From: the human T2T-CHM13v2.0 reference genome, Homo sapiens
Assembly (NCBI RefSeq): GCF_009914755.1
Contig: NC_060931.1
Reading direction: 5' to 3' (one strand)
Length of the DNA: 64,000 nt
Positions 12,758 through 27,104 of the stretch are shown piece by piece; the first letter of the stretch is position 1; the number at the start of each line of letters is the position of its first letter. The position numbers were made by a program, and so were the translations under genes. Under the pieces are notes generated by a model. That model did not search any database. It had not been told where the DNA came from and worked only from the letters and a program-made list of their open reading frames with translations.

Positions 12758-14491
12758 GAAGTCTTTTATTACTGGATTAGAATTTAACAATCTGTTAATA
12801 GTCTCAGGCCAAAGTATCAGTAATTTCTTCTCTTCCTTGCTTTGCTGCCCTACATATTTTGCAAGGATACCTCTCCATCATCTCCAGGCATGTGACTCTA
12901 GGAAATCTAAGAGGGTAAGTATTGCTGATCACAGCAAAGAGTGGCGCTCTCTCTTTTTTATCAGAGAGAGGAGAACTCACCTGGACACCTCTCAAAACCA
13001 TGCATTTTGTTCTGCAAATAGCCACTCATCCACTTGGCCAGGGTGATAAATGGCTTTTGCTGGGTAAGTGGCCAGGAAGTGTATTTCATTTATCTTACTC
13101 CTCTAGCCCCTCATGTGGGGAAGAGGTATAAAAGGAAGTAAAATATACTGTGACTTGGGAACTTGCTTTGCATTTTAACCAGAGGCAGACCACTGGGTAT
13201 CAGCAAATACTTTATCAGGCTTCCAAATATTAAGTAGATATTTGGAATATCTACTCAAGCTGTCTAACAATTCAGAGACAGCAGGAACAGTTGGAGACAT
13301 TTTGAGAGATGCTGAAGGATGAGAGTGAGAAAACTCAAGGCCTTTGCTCATGTCTGTGTGGCTGATTGGTGGTGGGGTTAAGTACTCAGACTGGTGCTCT
13401 TAACTCCAAGATTGGTTTTTGGGTTTCAGATGCTTGTTTAACAGTAGAGTCCATTTTGTTCTCACTCAGCTGTTCTAGTTGAAGCAGGAGGGGTACCCTC
13501 AGAGCCCTGCGCTCTGTCCCATCTGTCCCATCACTGTCCATCTGTTCCCTGAGATCCTGAGTCTCCACATCACACAGCTTGCACACCATCAGACTTGAAA
13601 ACCATTGGACTTGAAAACCATTGGACTAGACAGGCATGGAAGGTTCAGGTGAGGGCATTGCACAGCCAGATGGGACTACTGGGACCCTTTTCCTTCCTAT
13701 TCTCATACCTCTTCCTGGGAGGATCCTTTCAGACAGAATGACCAGTCAGAATGACCACCCACCTCAACACCCCATCCTTTAGGAAGCCATTCCTAATTAC
13801 CCAACTGGAATGGGAGTCCCCTCCCTTTGAGCTCCTTCCGTGCATCTGTTTCTCTGGGGGTTCCTCTTGATGTCTACCTTGCAGTGAGCTGGGCCGTCCT
13901 CAGTCTGAGGCCGGGGACCATGGCATGCACATCATTACATGCCAGCACCTGCAGCAGCAAGCCGTGTATCACAGGGACTCAGTGAATGTCTGTAGAATTG
14001 AGTTGAGGACAACATTTTATTTGGTTACCATTGAATGGGCATTTGAGCTATATGACCTCTGATTTATAGGCATGGTAATTGTGCTATCTCAGACAGGGGA
14101 GAAGGTTATTTAGATAATGTGATTAGAGTACAGAAATGCTATATAGAAATCTAACATAGTGGTTATCTATTGTCTTGCTATTTTCACAGTTAAGGGCATT
14201 TTAGTATGAGAATCAAAGATGGTTTATAACTGGTATAAAGAGGAAGCCTTGAGATTTCCAGATCTGAAACCAGATGACCACAGAAGAGCATTGATTAATA
14301 TGTGAAGGCCCTAAGGGAGAAATGTTTGCATTGATTCTATAGGAATTGCAACACACCTCCTTTCAGCATAGCATCGTACTGGTTGCTGAGGCAGGCAGGC
14401 ATCTCTGTGTCCTGTCTCACATCCTCTTTGTCCATCTTGTACTCTGATCATTGCTGGGCAACCAGCCTCACACAGATGTAACTAGACAGCA

Positions 14492-14640
14492 TCTCTCTTC
14501 AGCTGCACTGTATATCTGTATATCTCTCCCTTCAGCTGCACTGTATCTCCCTTCAGCTGCACTGTATCTCCCTTCAGCTGCACTGTATCTCCCTTCAGCT
14601 GCACTGTATCTCCCTTCAGCTGCACTGTATATCTCTCCCT
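14492..14640. repeat. 21-bp minisatellite (tctcccttcagctgcactgta), about 6 copies
   Basis: Five exact-period units plus one slightly divergent first unit. Visible as (LPSAALY)n in the ORF track. Confidence 0.95.
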
Positions 14641-14649
14641 TTCTGCCCC

Positions 14650-15007
14650 AGGGTTTCTGTGAAGCATCTTTGGGAGACCTGTTGGACTTCATGCCTGTGC
14701 TACCTGGAGATGCAAAGGAGTCAACAGCTGTCAGGCCAACACTTGACCAGTGAATAGGAGCTGGTGGTAAAATGCTCTCTCCTTCTGCCCTTTGGGCAGG
14801 TGATTCTGAGGCCTATTCTATTTGTCTCTTTCCAAAGTCTCCATGGGGCTGAGCTCATTAATGTGCCGGTGCACTGGCTTTCTCCCCCTCCTGGGCTTCC
14901 CTCTCCCCCAGTTTTTCACTCCTGTTCTTTGGATCCATCCCAGATAACCTACTGCATATAAACTATTATCTCAGACTCTGCTTAAGCGGGGAATTCAGGC
15001 TAAGGCA
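14650..15007 (+). mobile_element. LTR16-family (ERVL) LTR
   Basis: 3' end ctactgcatataaactattatctcagactctgcttaagcggggaattcaggctaaggca resembles LTR16 termini. Confidence 0.6.
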
Positions 15008-15241
15008 GGGGAATAAAGAATGTAGTAAGATATTTTCCCTGTCCTCCAAGAGCTTCCCCTTTGATTGGAAAATGGTGTGGAACACTGGGGTTACTTTAGA
15101 ATGTCTTGTATGGGTAAAGGCCAAAGTGGGTGACTCAGCTTGGGTAGGTGTTACCAGAGAAAGAAAAAGAGAAGGGCAGTGTACATGGAGCTTGTGGACT
15201 AGATTGATCCCAAGAAGGTCAGTTAGGATCTGTGGGATTTG

Positions 15242-15544
<303 letters not shown>

Positions 15545-16727
15545 GGATCCATGGGATTTGAATGGGCTGGGGAGAAGGACAGAGGGGACTCCAGTGTTAT
15601 GTAACAGTAGGAATGAGCAGAAAAGCCGGGTGGGGCCTAGGGGTGTTATAGGGAAAGAGTGAAAGGTGTATTGAAATTATCAGATTGTTTAAAATTTTTA
15701 ACACCAGGCATAGGACTCAGAACTTTCCCTTAATTTGATGAAAAGTAGGAATTGATTTGTGGAAATTTTAAAACTTAGAGGCTATTGGATGGAGAAGGGA
15801 GAGAAAGGGCTAAGAAACTGTTGAGACATAAAAGTAGGGATCAGGCGAATGAGGGGCAAAGTTCCCTGGCTCAGTCGACTGAAAACTTCACTAGCACCTG
15901 CTAGAAGCAAGGATCCCTGGGGAGGGCAAAGAGTGACCTTTCCAAGGGCATTCACCTCTGAGGGCAAAGGCCTGTCTGCAAGGTTGAGAGCTGCATTTAA
16001 AGGAAAACATTCTTCTGAACCCCCAGAGTTGACTTAGATTATTTTTATTATAATGTTATTTAAATATGTATAAAATAAAGCTAGGTATAAACTCCTAGTA
16101 CTTAAAGCTCTCATATATCCATGAAACCAGATGAGATTTACACGTTAAAAATAAATAAAATGACAAAACCAATAAAATGGAAATTAACAACATTAATTTA
16201 ATGTGATGGATGATGTTTTTTACTCAAATGAAATTGCTCTTGGCAAATGAGTATGGCGCTGGCAGCTTCAGCTCCGAGTTCAGTGTTTCATGTGTCCCAC
16301 ACTGACTTCATTCTCTTTGAATTTCTCTTTGAACCACTGAGAAACCTTTGTTTGAACAGCTGGCCATGACTGAATGTATTATTTACCTATCGAGGTGCCT
16401 CTGTTCTCATTAGCCAGAGACAATTTGGTGTTCTTTGTGCCAACACAGCCATAAGCCCAAAGCAAAGGTGGGTGCAGACACAGAATGGCAGAGTATGTTT
16501 CCCTCTGCCCTGTGGCCTTCCAGGAGGTGCTGGAAGGAAGCTCAGAGATGGAGGTGAAAGGGAAAAAGAGGACTCAGGAGTACAAACAGCATATCCTGAG
16601 ACCAAGAGGGATGCTAGATTCAAATGTTTAGTTCATTTAGGGAGTTGAAGTCAATTTCTTTGACTATTAAATTCCAATGAATTGAATCTCCAATGAATTG
16701 ACTCTGCAATGAACTTGGAGACTTTTT

Positions 16728-18153
16728 TTTTTTTAAATACTTTAAGTTCTGGGATACATGTGCAGAACGTGAGGGTTTGTTACATACATATACACGTGCA
16801 GTGGCAGTTTGCTGCACCCATCCTCCCATCATCTACACTAGGTATTTCTCCTAATGCTATCCCTCCCCTAGACCCCCATCCCCTGACAGGCCCCAGTGTG
16901 TGATGCTCCCCTCCCTGTGTCCATGTGTTCTCATTGTTCAACTCCTACTTACGAGTGAGAGCGTGCAGTGTTTGGTTTTCTGTTCCTGTGTTAGTTTGCT
17001 GAGAATGATGGTTTCCAGCTTCATCCATGTCCCTGCAAAGGACATGAACTCATGCTTTTTTATGGCTGCATAGTATTCCATGGCATATATGTGCCACATT
17101 TTCTTTATCCAGTTTATCATTGATGGGCATTTGGGTTGGTTCCAAGTCTTTGCTATTGTCAACAGTGCTGCAATAAACTTGTGAGCATGTTGTCTTTATA
17201 GTAAAGTGATTTTTAATCCTTTGGGTATATACCCAGTAATGGAATTGCTGGGTCAAATGTATTTCTGGTTCTAGATCCTTGAGGAATCACCACACTGTCT
17301 TCCACAATGGTTGAACTAATTTACACTCCCACCAACAGTGTGAAAGCATTCGTATTTCTCCACATCCTCTCCAGCATCTGTTGTTTCCTGACTTTTTAAC
17401 GATTGCCATTCTAACTGGCGTGAGATGGTATCTCATTGTGGTTTTGGTTTGCATTTCTCTAATGACCAGTGATGATGAGCTTTTTTTCATATGTTTGTTG
17501 ACCACATAAATGTCTTCTTTTGAGAAGTGTCTGTTCATATCCTTTGCCCACTTTTTGATGGTTTTTTTTTCTTGTAAATCTATTTAAGTTCTTTGTAGAT
17601 TCTGGATATTAGCCCTTTGTCAGGTTGATAGATTACAAAAATTTTCTCCCATTCTGTAGGTTGCCTGTTCACTCTGATGATAGTTCCTTTTGTTGTGCAG
17701 AAGCTCTTCAGTTTAATTAGTTCCCATTTGTCAATTTTGGCTTTTGTTGCCATTGCTTTTGGTGTTTTAGTCATGAAGTCTTTGCCCATGCCTATGTCCT
17801 GAATGGTATTGCCTAGGTTTTCTTCTAGGGTTTTTTATGGTTTTAGGTCTTACATTTAAGTCTTTAATCCATGTTGAGTTAATTTTTGTATAAGGTGTAA
17901 GGAAGGGGTCCAGTTTCAGTATTCTGCATATGGCTAGCCAGTTTTCCCAATACCATTTATTAAATAGGGAATCCTTTCTCCATTGCTTGTTTTTGTCAGG
18001 TTTGTCAAAGATCAGATGGTTGTAGATGTGTGGCGTTTTTTCTGAGGCTTCTGTTCTGTTCCATGGGTCTGTATGTCTGTTTTGGTACCAGTACCATGCT
18101 GTTTTGGTTACTGTAGCCTTGTAGTATTGTTTGAGGTCAGGTAGCATGATGCC
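16728..18153 (-). mobile_element. 5'-truncated L1PA (L1PA6/7-like), about 1.4 kb
   Basis: L1 3'UTR plus frameshifted ORF2 C-terminal peptides ([17 protein letters not shown]; [14 protein letters not shown]). TSD tgaacttggagacttttt at 16710-16727 and 18154-18171. Confidence 0.95.
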
Positions 18154-18499
18154 TGAACTTGGAGACTTTTTGGGGGGTTAAGGGACCATTCTATGGCATC
18201 TGTGGTGGAGTAAAATATTTGTGAAATGTTACATTATTTGCTATCCCTTATATAATTTTGGGAAATTATTGTGTTGTAAAACACTCCTGTGGAAGGGAGT
18301 TTAGTTGCAAAGTTCAGATGGTGGGACTCGATCAGCACTGCAGATGTTTCTGTCTGTGGCTCATTCCTGTGCCCACAGTGGCCCCAGCTCTTTGAGAGCC
18401 TCTCTTTCAAGGCTGATTCCTGGATTTAGGTTGGCCTCCAACTCAAACTGGATTCCTTTTGGAAGCCTGGCCTGTCTGCCTTTGCTCTTGGAATCAGGG

Positions 18500-18760
18500 C
18501 CCACAGGTGAGAGCCTGTGAAGAGCCCTGAGTCTAGATTCAGGCAGCTGGGTTTCAATCTTAGCTTCTGCATTTGCTATGTGACATGAGACAAGTTACTT
18601 AAACTCTGTGCCTCTGTCTCATTATCTGTACAATGGGGAGGATAATAAATAATGCCTAGTTTGCAGGATGAAATGAGTGAGTATATGTGAAGTGTTTAGA
18701 ATATCCAGCGTATAGTAAGTGGTATACAATAGTGACTGATGGTGATGGTGATTATTCTAG
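18500..18760 (+). mobile_element. MIR
   Basis: ctgggtttcaatcttagc...caagttacttaaactctgtgcctc...atctgtacaatgggg. Confidence 0.75.
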
Positions 18761-19222
18761 TTAAATCACGGATCTGTGACCCCAGGGGGGAAGCTCTGGG
18801 CCTGCTCGTTAGAGTCCTGTGCAAGTATTGTAGGACGCCTGAATGGCTGACAATTTTGAAGACTCTTTGCTAAAGAGGCAACACTAGGGTAGAAAATATA
18901 TCAATGATCAAGAACTCTCATTATTTCAGATCTGGTTAATTTGCCTATTTGAAAGACTTTGTGGTCAGAAGAAGTTTGCCTTTGCAAAGAAGAAAGGGTA
19001 CTGAAGAAATCGTATGAAGGAAACAACGGTGTAAGCAAAACCAAAAGGGTCTTGTTCAAGCCACTTCGGAAAATCTTACTTCCTAGCAAAGTTTATTTTG
19101 CATTAAAAAAACAGATGTGCTAATTATGTGTTAATCTTATCTATTTAGTATAGCAGGTCCCCAAGGGTAATTATTTGGCACGCGTGGCTCTCTTAAGACA
19201 TTTTGCTGAGTCAGGCAGGCCT

Positions 19223-19600
19223 TGTATTAGTTTGAGTTCTCCCAGAAGTCCTGAAACAAGGGAGGAGGAGGACTGGAAGGGGCATGGGAGAAAGGAAGCC
19301 TGCAGAGGCTGAGCCGTTGAGCAGGTTAGTGCTGGGGGCACCTGGGGCTCCATCCCACTGGAGACTGCTGGGGGACAGAGCAGAAAATGGTTCAGGTTAC
19401 TCAGCCTGACCCATGAGGGTGCTGGCCTATTTATCCATTTATCCACTGATTCTCCTCAGTCATTTGTTGAGGCCTGCTGGGGATGGGGGCATTAATTACC
19501 TGGCACTTCTGGTCTGTCCCACTTGGTCCCAGTGAGCTCTAGTGGCTAGAGGGAGCTGTCAGGCATAGGCTTGCAAGTGGAAGATGTAGAGGGCCTGCAG
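19223..19600 (-). mobile_element. LTR16C-like (ERVL) LTR
   Basis: tgtattagtttgagttctcccagaag...ggggctccatcccactgg...tatttatcca...cagtcatttgttgagg...ggcattaatt resembles antisense LTR16C. Confidence 0.65.
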
Positions 19601-20329
19601 GGCCTGAGGAGCCCTCAGGATGGGGGCGGAACACTGATGTGGGCTACTGCCCTTCCTCAGACTAGAGTGACTTAGTGTGATTTTACAGCATGTGTACTCT
19701 CTCTGCCTAATGTCGATTGCTCACTACACAGAGACGGTTCAAGCCTGTGTTCTGTGTAACATCTACACCTCAGGGTGGCACTCAGCGCATCTTTATGAAC
19801 ATGCTTTGATGTATTTTGCAGGTATATTTGTTAATTGTCTTCAGTGGGGAATCCCTGTCTTTTTTGTTTGGTTCAGCCTCAGAAATAGGGAGGGTAAGGG
19901 TGAGATGGAGGAAAGGCTGGAGAAGGGAGCCGGGGTTATGTCGGTTGAGAGAAGGCAATGAGGCCCTTGGAATGTGAGAGGGCTTTGGATTGGATACCCT
20001 CTGGTGCAGCTCTCAGTGAGGCAGAATGAGACCTCAGAGGGCATTGCGGGCTCTCTTTTCCTCCTAGTGTTTGGAGGCCTGGAGCAGGGCAGAGCTCTGC
20101 CATCACCATGGGATTAAAAGTGTTATCATCAAGGCATAGTCTGCTTTTATTGGATAGTCCAACTGTAATGAGAAAGTGGCCAGATCTTAGATAAGAATGG
20201 AAGGGTGAGGTGAGGTGGAGATGTATCTTGTAACCATAGCTTTGGGAAGGGCAATGTTTTTCTCCATATCTGTAGGCAAAATTTGGTGACTTAGCATTGA
20301 GGGATCTGGCTTAGAATAGTGAGGCGATA

Positions 20330-20500
20330 TCAACAGTGCGTGCCATGTGGACCTGAAGTCAGAAGCCCTGCATGGAGTCTCAACTCTTCCCTTTAGAAGT
20401 CTTGTAACCTTGGGCAAGTTCAACCTTCCTTTCTTTTTATCTGCAGAAGGAAGGAAATGGTAATATGCAATTTATCAGGTTGTTGTGAGAAAATATATCT
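20330..20500 (+). mobile_element. MIR/MIR3 fragment
   Basis: gaagtcagaag...tgtaaccttgggcaagtt...atctgcagaa...ggttgttgtgag. Confidence 0.6.
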
Positions 20501-20769
20501 GTTTGTGAATGGATAGCATTCATATCCATGTTAGTTTTTTAAAAAATGGTGGACTATTTTAAAAGTTTCTATTCAATAAAATGCTTTTAGTAACATAATG
20601 CAATACCATACAATTGTGCAAGATTATACAAGATAATCGTAGCTTTTATAAAATGTTAATTCAGAATATATATTAATAGGACACAAGCTTTTAAATCTAG
20701 TTTTATTTTTATTAATACCTTTTAATCAAACTGCTAATAAAATACAACTAAAGGTGTCCTAAAGAAAAA

Positions 20770-21960
20770 AGCAGTCCCTTGCCTTCTGTTTCCTAAGCCA
20801 GTTTTTTTTAGAGGCAATGACTTTGGATGTTTTTAGTTATTTTCTCATATATCACCATGTTTAAAAATAATATACTTTGCTGGATGAAGTGTCTCACTCC
20901 TATAATCCCAATACTTTGGGAGGCAGAGGTGGGAGGATCCCTTGAGGCTAGGAGTTGGAGACTAGCCTGGGCAATATAGCAAGACCCTATCTCTACAAAA
21001 AATAAAAATAAAATAGCTGGATATGGTGGCACGTACCTGTAGTTTCGGCTGCTTCAGGGATCAGAGGCTGAGGTGGGAGGATCACTTGAGCCCATGAGGT
21101 CAAGGCTGTAGTGAGCCATGACCATGCCACTGCACTCCAGACTGGGTGACAGAGCAAGACTCTGTCTCTAAATAATAATAATAATTATTATTATAATTAT
21201 ATACTCCTTCTGCTATTTCTTGGAGAGCATTGCATATTATGACTTTCTAGCATACTTGATTGGATTATAGTCCTTATACCTCATCCTTCCACCCTTCCCT
21301 CTTATTTTCTTAATATTACTGTATCACTATTTTTGGTTAAATCCCTTGTCAGTGTTTACATTATTATGACTGTGTAAATATCATTTACTTTTAAGCCAAA
21401 TTGTATTATGATGATGTTTAATTATTGTACATTGTTTTGTTTTCCTAGAGGTAATAATCACCTTTAAAATCTTTTGCTTAGCTTTTTATCTATCTATGGC
21501 TAAATTTTCCCAAAGAGTGTAGTAGATCTGTGAAATACCTGTCAGTATTGTTTTCCAAACACCCACACATGTCAGATACTCTGTAAGTTCCGTTTCCCCT
21601 TTGCAGAGCCCTCTTTCTTCCAGCTTGAGTTAGTTTCTCTTTAGGCTGGGAGTGCGGTCTCAATTATCCTAGGCTTTAATTGATCACACTCCTGATTAGA
21701 TCACCTCTTCCATGAGTGCTCTGTCTTCTTTTTTCTTAGTTTATTTCTTCTTTTTGTTGCAGTACATCCTGTAGTAGCCTCTTTAAAAAGGGTGTGCATT
21801 TTTGAGTCCTGTTTGCCTGAAAATGCTCTTATTCTCTCAGTCTTGCCTGACGGTTTGATTGGGAAGAGAGTTCGAAATTAATTATGCCTCAGTTTGAAAG
21901 CACAAATCTCTGGGTAATGAGAGATGCGATGACTCTTAGATTGTTTCTTTTTATGAGACC
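20770..21960 (-). mobile_element. Old L1M (L1ME-like) fragments, interrupted by AluJ
   Basis: T-rich sequence with L1M-like phrases (gcctgaaaatgctctttattc). Confidence 0.4.
20878..21195 (+). mobile_element. AluJ with (ATA)n/(TTA)n tail
   Basis: Dimeric Alu with J features (gagcccatgaggtcaaggctg). Confidence 0.87.
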
Positions 21961-23964
21961 TGATCTTTTCCTCCCCATGAACCTGGTATCATTGTCTTAG
22001 GCTTTCCTTGGGTCTCTGGAGATGAATCTCCCTTCTTTTTAGCACCCCCTTTTTGACTTGCTGAGCTTGTTAACTTTCTTTGCTCTCTTCAGTCAGCTAC
22101 TCTCACCTGTTCTCTTCCTTCCAAAAGTTTGTTGCAATCTTTCATCTGTTGAAGTCTCCTTTCCCATTCTTTGTCTTTGTGGGTTGCAGGCATTTCCCCC
22201 ACTTAAACCCTTTCCTTCCATTGGTAGATTTCGTGAGGGTAGGAGAAAAACAAGTGTTATTGGATTTGCTCTGTCCAATTAGAAGTCTGTTATTATTAGA
22301 AATAAATGAAAATGGCCTGAATATTTCACTGGAAAACTGGAACATAATATATTCAAGGTCTTCTATTTAATAAATAAATAAGACTTTTGCTGGATAAGCA
22401 AAGAGAGAACAGTGAAAAGGAAAAAAGGAATGGAAAAAGGAAGGGAGAGAGCTCAGTAGAAAAAATATGCCTTGAGGAGGGACTTCATAAAGACTTTTCA
22501 AAAGGGGAAAAAAGCGGAAATCTAGGCCAGTTCTGTCTAATGCAGGCTATTCAGACACTGTAGATTAGGGAATTATTATTGATAATGGATTTATCAATGG
22601 ACAATTATTGTAGCATCTTTTTCAAGGGCTGTCACATGTAAGAATTTTATGCTTGTCAGTCTCAGAGCGTCTTAAGGACACAAGATTGTGAAACAAAGGG
22701 ATGTTGATTCTGCAAAACAAATTCCATCCTGTCCTAGGAATGGTGGTTCACCTCTATCAGAGAGAGACCACCAGCATCGTGGGAGATGAAATGCTGGGTC
22801 CAGGGACATCTCCATGTACTGTGTGGAGACTGTGGGCCTAACTTTAAATATGATTACACAAATGTAATATTATTTATGGTATGGGAGGAACCATAATATC
22901 ATGATGGTATGGGAGGAAATTATGGATAAGGGCTTTTTCCTTTTTCATCTTGCCTATTATTTTTCTTCTTTCTTTCCCACTTTTCTTCTTTGTAAATCTG
23001 AAGGCTCTGAATGAAAGATAACCATAATAGCTTGTTTGTTTGTATAGCTATGAAGATAACCATTACAGCTTGTTTGCTTCCATAGCCAAACATTATTTCC
23101 TGCCCACTTGCAGGCGGATCAAGGCTACTGGTCAGAAAAAGAAGAAAAACATTCTCAAAGCTGGAAATTCCAGTTGTGGTCAGCCAAGAGCCTCTGTCTG
23201 AATTTCAGTCCAGTTCTACACTCTGTGTTATGCCTGACATTCTGAGGCTGCTTCTGCTTCTTCTCCTTTAATTATTTTTATTGCCGTCTCTTGCTTTAAG
23301 GCTCTTCTGAGTGTCCTGCATGTTGCCTTAGCCTGTCTTTTCTCTGTCTCTTGATGCTGTATCAAGGATACACAGGAAAATAGAAATTATGCCCACCTTG
23401 TGGGAAAAGAGACTTTTGGAATCAGATAAGGCTGGGAAGACAACACTGAGCTTTAATGGACTGGGTGTTCAGGTGGCCTGGGAGTCTCTCCCTTTATATC
23501 TTCAGGCCTAGTGCCAAGACTGGTGGTGTCACTGTCTGTCATTGTGAAGATTCTCTGAGGTCTGCGTGGCTTTCCATGTCCTGCAGTAGATGTAGGAAAC
23601 AACAGGAACAAGAGTGTCTTCTCCTCTCCTCCTCATCACATTATCCCCTGAAGCTCCTGGAGGAGTTCACAGGCTGAAGTGTTTGCATTCATGCAGAGGA
23701 GATGGCAGCTGTTAGTGGCTGTGCACCTGCCTCAGACCCAGGGACATGGAGTCTAATTCCAGTGTCTGTACTGGTGACCACTGTGAACTCAGGCAGACCT
23801 TGACCTCAGTGGGCTTTGGCTTCCTTCATTGGTAGTGGGGGAGCTAGAGATTGCTGCAGCCCTTTGAACTAGAACATACTCTGAGGCTCTTGGCTGATAT
23901 ACATGCTAGGATGGCATACTGCTTACTTCTCCTTTCTTAGAGTCATATAAATAGTTAGGTTAGG

Positions 23965-24593
<629 letters not shown>

Positions 24594-25604
24594 TCAAATA
24601 AATGTGAACTTCTGCCTCAATGGACACAGGTTAGTCTATCTGGTAATGAATATCAAACATTAAGAAGTGATGATTTTTCTTGTGTCTCCTTCTGCCTCCT
24701 TTTACTATTGGCAAGCATGGTTGCCTCGACTGTAAGCTCTCTGAGGGCGGGACTCCTGGTTGTCTTATTTTCGAGATCCCTTCAGAGTATCTACTTGTCC
24801 ACATTCCTGAAAGTGAAAAAGTTGGTCACATTTTATTTATTTTGTTTCCCCAGCACCTAGCAGAGTGTCAGGAATGTATAATAATAAATATTTGTTGACT
24901 CCAATGCCTAACATATGGTATTCTAAGCATGCATTGTAAATGTTTGAAATTGCAACATAAGCAAGGTAGGGATATGAGTATTATATTTTATTTTTTCTAA
25001 AAAAACATACACTGTGTGAAATAAAAACCTTTCAGAAAAAGATTACACGGCGGTTTTCTTTCTCATTACCCATCACTTTCCTCCTCCCTAGAATTTCAAG
25101 ACTTATTTTCTCACCAAACAGAATCAAAAGACAAAATTGTAAGAAAGCTTCCAGAATTACCTGGGCTACCTAATATCCCCCTTTATTCTATCCTTTTTGT
25201 ACTTTGGTTTGTTGGAAGTTAACTAAAGATAAAAGAAATATCTGAGGCCCCCTATTGGGGTGTTAATTAATTGTTTCTTGTCCAAGGAATAAAAAAAATG
25301 CTTCAAGAGAATGTCTGTGTTTGAATTAGCAGACAATCTCTCTCCTATCTCAACCTCAGTTTTCTTAGTTGACATTCTCAAGTGTCTCCAATTAGCTTAA
25401 GGAGTGTTAAGACATTAACAAAAATTCCCAAGGCAAAATTAATTTCAATTTGCTTTGGCTTAAACAGATATGCCATACATCACCTCAGGAGGAAGAAGCC
25501 TGTTATAAAATCTGGCCAGCAACAACAATAACAGTAACAACATAAAAACTCCCCAAACTGAAACAACTCAGATTTCTCCCTGCTTGTTAAGAAGTGAAGC
25601 CCGG

Positions 25605-25952
<348 letters not shown>

Positions 25953-27058
25953 CTACCGGAAAATGAAGTTGTAGTTTTAATTGCAGTTGGCATTTGCAAC
26001 CCTCCAGGTAAAAGAAGTCAGTTTGCTAGAAAATTTCTTTTGGTACTGGAAGTGCAGGAAATTAATAAGAATGAGCTGAATATAAGTTGTATTTAACCTG
26101 TTAAAGCCCAGCTTTGGAATTTCTCCTGGACCCTCAAGTAACCTTGTCTTTTGTCAGTTGGTAGACTTTGTTGAGTGACTGCTAAGGGACACCACTGGCC
26201 TTTAATGCTGAGAGCTCCCTTCCCTAACAGGCTTTGTGCTAGTTAGCAGGAAGGGAGCAAGACAGTTACCAAGCGATGACCAGATTGTGTGAAATGAGTG
26301 ATCAAATAGTTGGTTTGGTAGGAGTTCGGAGAAAGGAGAGGACGTCTTGGATTGGGGTGGAGGAAGAAGACATTATGGAGGAAAGGATGCTGAGAGGACA
26401 TTTGGTTTGCAGGTTGGGGAGGGGATTGGGAAGAACATTCTAAGCTGAGGAATAGCATGAGTCAAGCACTGTCCTGGCATGCTGGGATAGAGGGTGGTGG
26501 GGATGGGGCCTGGAGGAGGTGAATGGGAGATTGGGCAGGAGAGGTGGGCTGGGACTGGTTTGTGAAAAGCTTTGTAATTTGAGCTAAGCCTTGACGCTGT
26601 AGATCCGTGGTTTCCCACATTTATTCATTTAGCCTCAGAACCCTTTCTTAAGATGCAGTTTTACGTGGAAGGCTGTCATATAAAATGGGTAGAAGTGGAG
26701 ATGTGCTATTGAAATCTGCAATGTTACCCTCAAACCTGACCCTCTCTTCCTTCATCCGATACTCTGCACCTTGTTCCTGCTTAGTAAGTGGAAAACCACT
26801 GGGAAAACACTGCTTTAGCAATGGGCCATCAGTGATGCTTTTTGATCAGGGGAATGACATGCCTGGAAGATAATGACACAGTAATTTTAAATTCAGTTTT
26901 CTATTGTTTTATGTCTTGTTTATATCCGTGGGCACTTGATGGACAGGCTAAGTTGGATTGGTGTTTGGTGTTAAAATCACGTGCGAGACCTTGGTCTAGA
27001 AAAACCCTGGGGGAATTTTGAGACCGAAACTAACCATCTCCTCTTTGGTATCTTCTCA

Positions 27059-27060
<2 letters not shown>

Positions 27061-27103
<43 letters not shown>

Positions 27104-27104
27104 T
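27061..27104. repeat. (GT)n microsatellite
   Basis: About 22 GT units with one AT interruption. Confidence 0.96.

Noticed and set aside
14451-14753. ORFs with heptad repeats (LPSAALY)n / (GRYSAAE)n, and a possible CRISPR-like array
   Set aside because: These are translations of a 21-bp minisatellite. The units are contiguous with no unique spacers, and the DNA is primate.
18930-19030. Possible exon (atttcag|...ggt|gtaagc); also isolated acceptor-like sites at 2088, 11737, 23113 and 31162
   Set aside because: The 18930-19030 candidate has stops in all frames, and the others lack a convincing paired donor. Such pseudo-sites are common in T-rich introns.
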